Of a DNA stretch of 48,730 bases, positions 43,731 through 48,730 are shown piece by piece (the stretch's first letter is position 1; each line of letters opens with the position of its first letter). Both the position numbers and the translations under genes were made by a program. The stretch spans positions 1 to 48,730 of IMG/VR virus record IMGVR_UViG_3300012346_000137. One strand, 5' to 3'. Origin of the DNA: a virus (lineage: Duplodnaviria; Heunggongvirae; Uroviricota; Caudoviricetes). Below the pieces are notes generated by a model. The model was given only the letters and a program-made list of their open reading frames with translations, searched no databases and was not told the origin of the DNA.

Positions 43731-44330
43731 TTATTTTAATAATGAATAATATTCGTTAAAGTGTTTAATACGATCAGGTAAACCAATTGTACCACCATTC
43801 ACACGCTTGGTAATCATTGTTACCACTTCTATAGCAGCACCCTTGTCAGCTAACTGATTCAACTTGTTCTTGTTCCAGAACCATGCTGCAGAAGCCAAAG
43901 GATATTTGGTAGCTACTAAGTCAGGGTTCTCTAATATACTATCTTCAACAGCATCATCAAATGCCTTATAGTTATCACGTCCTGTTAACTGTATGAATCC
44001 TCTTCCTCTGAACTTATACCCATCACCAGACGCTTCGTTACCATTACCCATACGACCACCATACACTCTGTTAGCAATCTTCTGTGGTTTCTTAGCATAG
44101 TCTAAAGCTAGAGCTTCACTAGGAAAATACTTCTTGAATATACCCTGTAAACCTTTAGCTGAGTAGTTTAGATTCTCTTGTGTGATTCTAAAGCCACCAG
44201 ACTCATGACCACATTGAGCTAAGAAATGAGCTAGTCTTAATGGTGTGTTAACAGCAAACTTCTCCTGGATACCAGGGATTTGATTAATTACACTATCAGG
44301 AACATGTCCTTTTAATTTACTTAGATCCAT
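43731..44330 (-). CDS. GH19 endolysin
   Basis: AHFLAQCGHESGGF, ENLNYS, FRGRGFIQLTGRDNY, SAAWFW, TKRVNGG. Confidence 0.92.
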   Translation of the reverse strand: MDLSKLKGHVPDSVINQIPGIQEKFAVNTPLRLAHFLAQCGHESGGFRITQENLNYSAKGLQGIFKKYFPSEALALDYAKKPQKIANRVYGGRMGNGNEASGDGYKFRGRGFIQLTGRDNYKAFDDAVEDSILENPDLVATKYPLASAAWFWNKNKLNQLADKGAAIEVVTMITKRVNGGTIGLPDRIKHFNEYYSLLK

Positions 44331-44517
44331 CTTTTTTCTTTTTTGTAGCAGGCTTCTTCTTTTTAGCAGGAGCCTTCTTTGGTTTTTCTTCTACTACCAC
44401 TTCAACCTTAGGTTCAAGCTTGTAGATTTCTTCAATTGATTCTTTCTTAACTTCTGCATATGTAGCAGCAGGTTTTGTAGAGAAGAACGCTTTGATAGCT
44501 TCGATGATTTTTTTCAT
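44317..44517 (-). CDS. Small protein with Lys-rich tail
   Basis: Amphipathic N-terminus, KKAPAKKKK tail. Confidence 0.6.
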   Translation of the reverse strand: MKKIIEAIKAFFSTKPAATYAEVKKESIEEIYKLEPKVEVVVEEKPKKAPAKKKKPATKKKKDGSK

Positions 44518-44518
44518 G

Positions 44519-45118
44519 TTATTTGATTTTCCAATAAGAGCTTACACCAAACGTGAGTTGTTCACCAATGGTTGAGCCTACGTTGATACCAACGATTTTA
44601 TCTTTTTTAGATTTATAAAGAATGCCTAGATTGGCACCAGTTACTCCCAATGTTTTGTTACCCTCAATACCACCACCAAAGAATAAGTTAGCTGTTGGGG
44701 GAGCATAGTGGGTGATTGTTTTAGTTGTTGTGATTGTAGGGATCTTGTAGTTAGATCTTACAGAACGTCCTTTAATACTGTTCTGATTCACAGTGTCTGT
44801 GATAGCTACATAGCCTAGTGTATCTAATCTGATAGTATCCTTAAATTCTACAAGAGCTAAGTACTTACTTAACAAATCATTATACTGAGCTAAAAGCTTA
44901 GGATAGTTTGTGTCAGCAATATACTCTGGAGGAGTGGCAATAGTATCATGTAACACCTTGCCTTTCAATGTCTTATAAATAGTTGTGTCATGCACAGACC
45001 AACTTGTATCGTGTACAGTTACTGTGTCAGACTTCCTGTGCTTAGGAGAGCAACCATTCTTAGAGAAGGCTACATATAACACCAAGACTAATATTATACC
45101 AGTTAATAGTTTACTCAT
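44519..45118 (-). CDS. Spanin-like membrane protein
   Basis: N-terminal TM/GC motif, DT-rich stalk, C-terminal beta strands ending YWKIK; inside lysis cassette. Confidence 0.5.
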   Translation of the reverse strand: MSKLLTGIILVLVLYVAFSKNGCSPKHRKSDTVTVHDTSWSVHDTTIYKTLKGKVLHDTIATPPEYIADTNYPKLLAQYNDLLSKYLALVEFKDTIRLDTLGYVAITDTVNQNSIKGRSVRSNYKIPTITTTKTITHYAPPTANLFFGGGIEGNKTLGVTGANLGILYKSKKDKIVGINVGSTIGEQLTFGVSSYWKIK

Positions 45119-45353
45119 TACCTTTTGTTTTATTTATCCATTTGTCAACAGATGCAATACCAAAGCATGCAATCGTTAAGATTTTAAATGAGTCAAATAT
45201 GAACTCATTCACCAACAATGGTTTGTTCATAGCCCCTGTAACTATATCAGCTACAGCAAAGATGATCATCATAATGAACGCTGCAAATCCAATTACAGCC
45301 TTCTCATTGATTGAGTTGCTATCATTAAATAGATCGTGGAAGAACTTTTTCAT
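45111..45353 (-). CDS. Holin-like protein
   Basis: 80 aa, two hydrophobic segments, upstream of endolysin. Confidence 0.55.
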   Translation of the reverse strand: MKKFFHDLFNDSNSINEKAVIGFAAFIMMIIFAVADIVTGAMNKPLLVNEFIFDSFKILTIACFGIASVDKWINKTKGNE

Positions 45354-45624
45354 TCTTAGTTTTTAATTCGTTATTAGGAAGAATTCCTACTACTTCTCTC
45401 ACTACAGATACAGGAGGAAGTTGTGCTGGATAGCTAGCTGATTTATACACCTGTCTTTCAAGGTTATCAATCCTGGTCTTGTCTATATTAGACTGAGCCA
45501 TTAACGCTTTAACGTCAGCTTTAATCTCATTGACATCGTTCCAAATTAGCATAGCTAGGATGGAAACTAAACTTGGGAACACCCAAACTTTAAAGGATTC
45601 AATTGTAGGACTACTCTTTGTCAT
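45325..45624 (-). CDS. Single-TM coiled-coil protein (holin/antiholin-like)
   Basis: VWVFPSLVSILAMLIW plus heptad region. Confidence 0.5.
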   Translation of the reverse strand: MTKSSPTIESFKVWVFPSLVSILAMLIWNDVNEIKADVKALMAQSNIDKTRIDNLERQVYKSASYPAQLPPVSVVREVVGILPNNELKTKNEKVLPRSI

Positions 45625-45737
45625 TGTGTTACATGGGGGTAAAATAAAATACTCTCCCTGCCCACTGTTCAGTAGGTATAGGAGAATATGTAGTTAAACG
45701 TATATTAAGGGGATTGTAGACCAGTTTGGTCTAAGCA

Positions 45738-45769
45738 CAAAAATATGGTAAATTTTTGATATAGCCAAA
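45738..45769 (-). promoter_or_regulatory. Bacteroidota-type promoter for lysis/envelope operon
   Basis: TTTG-N20-TATTTTTG on minus strand. Confidence 0.7.
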
Positions 45770-45777
45770 TTTATTTT

Positions 45778-46338
45778 TTATACAGTACCATACCAGATTC
45801 CCCATTCTATATTGTATGTAGAACCTGGTTGTGCTGTAAAACTATATGATATAGCTGTAAAATCGCAAGTGGTATTTGTATTAGCTACCCTTACACCATT
45901 TACATTTATGAAAGAATATATAGGTTGACAAGGACAAGCTCCATAACCATTAGAAAACGCTGATATAGTTACAGTGGATCTACCCTTAACGTAACCTACA
46001 CCATTGCCTCCAAACGTCAAGAAGGTACCAGCATCGTTACCTCTTTCAGAGTTAGTGGTTTGACTACTATTAAATGGACCATCGTAAGCACCATTTTCAG
46101 CTGTACCTTCCCACTGACCATATGAGTCCATAGACATAGAACATCCATCATACAATTGACCTGTATTCTGAGAATAGTTTATAGTGGCAGCAGGCATGGC
46201 ATATCCATAAAACTCACTTATTGAGTCAGGAGTACCTTTCCCTGCTAAGGAGCTTAAGCTTCTTAGTGATCCTGTAGATACATTTAGTTCATTACGTATT
46301 TGATTTATACTTAAAGGTCCACTATTTGGTAATGCCAT
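45778..46338 (-). CDS. Tail-fibre-associated protein
   Basis: MALPNSGPLSINQIRNEL...PDSISEFYG N-terminus typical of genes following S74 fibres. Confidence 0.6.
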   Translation of the reverse strand: MALPNSGPLSINQIRNELNVSTGSLRSLSSLAGKGTPDSISEFYGYAMPAATINYSQNTGQLYDGCSMSMDSYGQWEGTAENGAYDGPFNSSQTTNSERGNDAGTFLTFGGNGVGYVKGRSTVTISAFSNGYGACPCQPIYSFINVNGVRVANTNTTCDFTAISYSFTAQPGSTYNIEWGIWYGTV

Positions 46339-48313
46339 TTATAATAGATTTAAGTTCCTCAATTTGGTTTGCCTGTGCCTCAATCTGTTTTTGTTGTTCT
46401 TTAAATGCTTCAATAAATAATCCACTAAAGTTACCATAAGATACATTGTACATTCCATCATTATCTTGGTTAACAACTTCAGGAACTACTTGTAATGTTT
46501 CTTGAGCAATAACACCAATCTTTGTTTTTTTATCTTCAGAATCTATTCTTGTATAAGATACACCTCTTAACGCTAACACTTTATCAAGAGCGTTTTCAAT
46601 AGTCTTTACATTCTCTTTTACTCTAGCATCTGAATATGCAGTAACATCTCCAGCCATTGTAAGATTACCAGACATATCCATTTGAAATCTATTACCTGCT
46701 GCAGACCATCCTCCAATTCTAAACACATTGTCGTCATCAAGACCCATGTTAATTGCATAAAATCCTCCTCTATGGAAAGACATAAATGCAGAGTTCCCAC
46801 TTGTAGAATATGCTTGTAATTTAGCAGAGTTAGAATTGTTTACTGCTTGACCTCCATTGTTTGTTTGGAAGTATTGTATACCTGTCCAATAATATGAATT
46901 TCCTAATGCATAATTTAAATTATAAACATCAGTTGCTGTAGCAGCATTACCAGATATACTTCCAGAGCTTGTGATGTAACCATTAGGATTGGTGCTATTA
47001 TATGGAGTGTAGCCAAGAGCACTTGTTACATCACTAGATGAAAGAGTGATTGCTCCTGTTCTAGTATTGAACGATGTTACACCACTAGCTATTGTCCAAC
47101 TTCTATCAGCTGACAAATCATAAGTAGTTCCATTTATAGTTAACGTTCTGCTAGTAGGTACGTAACCACTTAAGTCTGGTGAGTAGACAGGGATATTTAA
47201 AATACCTGTAACATTACTGTATGTTGCAGGACCACTAGATCCAGTTGTTGTAAGACTAATTGCTTGTCTAGCTCTGCCAGTTGTAAAGTATTCGTAAGTT
47301 CCTTCTGGAATATTATCTGTAGTTAAACTTACAGCTCCTGTAAAACCATTTACAGATACAACAGCATCAGTGGTATCCACCTTCTGCCATTTTGTACCAT
47401 CAAATATAGCCCAGTCACCAACATGCCATTCAGCAACACCATCTAAATTAGTTGTACCATATACATCTACAATGTAGTAATATCCTTTAGTACCTACACT
47501 ACTAACCAACGTAGGAGTGTTTGTAGCAGCATTCCATACACCTTGATATATTGAACCTCCAATTAGACTATTGATTTGATTTTGTAACTTACCAAAGGCA
47601 GTTAATATACTATCTGTGGCAGTGATGTTTCCTCCTGTAATGTTAACTCCTGATAATATCTTTCCTGTTACAGCACTATTGTTTAATGTAACACTTGCTA
47701 CACCAGGACCACTAGCTGTAGCTTCACCAGTTAAATCAGTGATGTAGTTTCCTGAAGGAGCTGGTGTATATCCAAGAGCAGTTGTTATATCAGAAGATAC
47801 AACAGGAGTTGCAGACGTGATTAATCCTTTAGCGTTTGCAGCTATCTTTAAGAAGGTATTACTTGTATATACATTAGAATTAACTGTAGCTAATGTAAGT
47901 GTAGTGTTAGAACCAGTGTTACCAGTTCCAGTTACATCACCTATAAAGCTCAGTGCTCCTGAAGGAATGAATACAGCCTCAGTTGTAATTGCTGTAACAC
48001 GTCCTTTACCATCCACAGTGAGTTTAGGAATGGCTGTAGAAGATCCATATTGACCAGGAGTTGAATTCACTGTTGCAAGAGTAGCAGATGCCACACCAGG
48101 ACCTACAGCAATAACATCTCCTGTTAACTGAGTGATTCCTGTTCCACCAGATAATATAATGTCAGCAATAGCATCATTAATCTTCTCTAAAGCAACTCTA
48201 TAGTTATCATTAGTGTTCACACCAATGTACAACAAGTTCTCACCTTCATAGATGACACACTTACTGTCGAGTATTACTGGACAAGCACCTTGGTTTGAAC
48301 AATTAAGATTCAT
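46322..48313 (-). CDS. Tail fibre with C-terminal peptidase S74 intramolecular chaperone
   Basis: SDARVKENV..RGVSY..IGVIAQE..VSYG; internal LTGD/E..GPG repeats. Confidence 0.88.
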   Translation of the reverse strand: MNLNCSNQGACPVILDSKCVIYEGENLLYIGVNTNDNYRVALEKINDAIADIILSGGTGITQLTGDVIAVGPGVASATLATVNSTPGQYGSSTAIPKLTVDGKGRVTAITTEAVFIPSGALSFIGDVTGTGNTGSNTTLTLATVNSNVYTSNTFLKIAANAKGLITSATPVVSSDITTALGYTPAPSGNYITDLTGEATASGPGVASVTLNNSAVTGKILSGVNITGGNITATDSILTAFGKLQNQINSLIGGSIYQGVWNAATNTPTLVSSVGTKGYYYIVDVYGTTNLDGVAEWHVGDWAIFDGTKWQKVDTTDAVVSVNGFTGAVSLTTDNIPEGTYEYFTTGRARQAISLTTTGSSGPATYSNVTGILNIPVYSPDLSGYVPTSRTLTINGTTYDLSADRSWTIASGVTSFNTRTGAITLSSSDVTSALGYTPYNSTNPNGYITSSGSISGNAATATDVYNLNYALGNSYYWTGIQYFQTNNGGQAVNNSNSAKLQAYSTSGNSAFMSFHRGGFYAINMGLDDDNVFRIGGWSAAGNRFQMDMSGNLTMAGDVTAYSDARVKENVKTIENALDKVLALRGVSYTRIDSEDKKTKIGVIAQETLQVVPEVVNQDNDGMYNVSYGNFSGLFIEAFKEQQKQIEAQANQIEELKSIINGITK

Positions 48314-48352
48314 ATATTATAAAGTTATATGTGTAAGGGATTGATATGCAAA

Positions 48353-48381
48353 TAGGCATACACATTTTCCATGTATGCCTA
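48353..48381 (-). promoter_or_regulatory. Perfect 10-bp hairpin at the 5' end of the tail-fibre transcript
   Basis: TAGGCATACA-N9-TGTATGCCTA just downstream of the -7 box. Confidence 0.5.
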
Positions 48382-48385
48382 GGTG

Positions 48386-48415
48386 CAAATTTATTTAAAT
48401 TTAATGTAATTACAA
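48386..48415 (-). promoter_or_regulatory. Bacteroidota-type promoter for tail fibre
   Basis: TTG-N19-TAAATTTG on minus strand. Confidence 0.65.
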
Positions 48416-48450
48416 TGTGCTATAGAAACCTATTCAACATAATATAGCTA

Positions 48451-48729
48451 TTACCTTAATCTTGATTCTTCAGTAACTCTGATGCCAAGTTCTTTAGCTA
48501 TTTCTGGGAACACGTAAGGTAACACCTCATTTGTAGCTTGATATACACCTGGAACGATATTAAATGTATATTTCAAAGGATGAGCTTTTTTCATCATCTC
48601 CTCATCTCCAATAGCAAATCCATATCCTTCTGCAGCTGTGTTTGTAAAAATTTTCCAAGTCTTACTTAACAAACCTAAAGATGGAACAAGACTACCTCTG
48701 GTAATACTCTCCATTGCTAATGGGTTGTA
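48451..48729 (-). CDS. C-terminal end of a gene truncated by the right window edge
   Basis: Frame open from 48729 (YNPLAMESITRG...) to TAA at 48451. Confidence 0.7.
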   Translation of the reverse strand, partial: YNPLAMESITRGSLVPSLGLLSKTWKIFTNTAAEGYGFAIGDEEMMKKAHPLKYTFNIVPGVYQATNEVLPYVFPEIAKELGIRVTEESRLR

Positions 48730-48730
48730 G

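Noticed and set aside
34074-48313. Diversity-generating retroelement or invertible shufflon acting on fibre genes
   Set aside because: No reverse transcriptase or recombinase in the window, and no near-identical TR/VR pair or inverted repeats seen
1-48730. Stop-codon reassignment as in some crAss-like phages
   Set aside because: Conserved genes are full length in code 11, and TAG (6058, 24510) and TGA (767, 1969) terminate genes at coupled junctions or terminators
1-48730. tRNA or rRNA genes
   Set aside because: Intergenic gaps are short and show no cloverleaf or T-loop signature

Overview
A 48.7 kb piece of an AT-rich tailed-phage genome that most likely infects a Bacteroidota host. The host call rests on several TTG-N19/20-TAnnTTTG promoters, A-rich starts without a Shine-Dalgarno, and a T9SS-CTD-like gene. 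Standard code 11 fits, with both TAG and TGA used as stops. The left arm (+ strand, 1-24434) carries replication, recombination and nucleotide genes: thioredoxin, DnaB, SF2 helicase, AAA ATPase, SSB-like protein, primase, UDG, rIIA/rIIB, HNH, PD-(D/E)XK nuclease, class II RNR, RecA, dUTPase, PhoH, GroES and three glycosyltransferases. It meets the right arm (- strand) at a bidirectional terminator. The right arm carries Lys-rich small proteins, more glycosyltransferases and an FkbM-like methyltransferase, Thr-rich/LRR/collagen virion-type proteins, a lysis cassette and a tail fibre with an S74 chaperone. Most notable: (1) a multi-gene host-envelope module directly behind the endolysin (CsgG-like, beta-barrel, cohesin+dockerin, stand-alone T9SS-CTD-like lipoprotein); (2) a probable virion O-glycosylation system, with a plant SERGT/HPAT-like transferase next to poly-Thr paralogues among 7 GTs; (3) an EndoVII homing endonuclease that has duplicated and synonymously recoded the last six codons of its host gene. 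All family calls are by motif recognition only; no searches were run.
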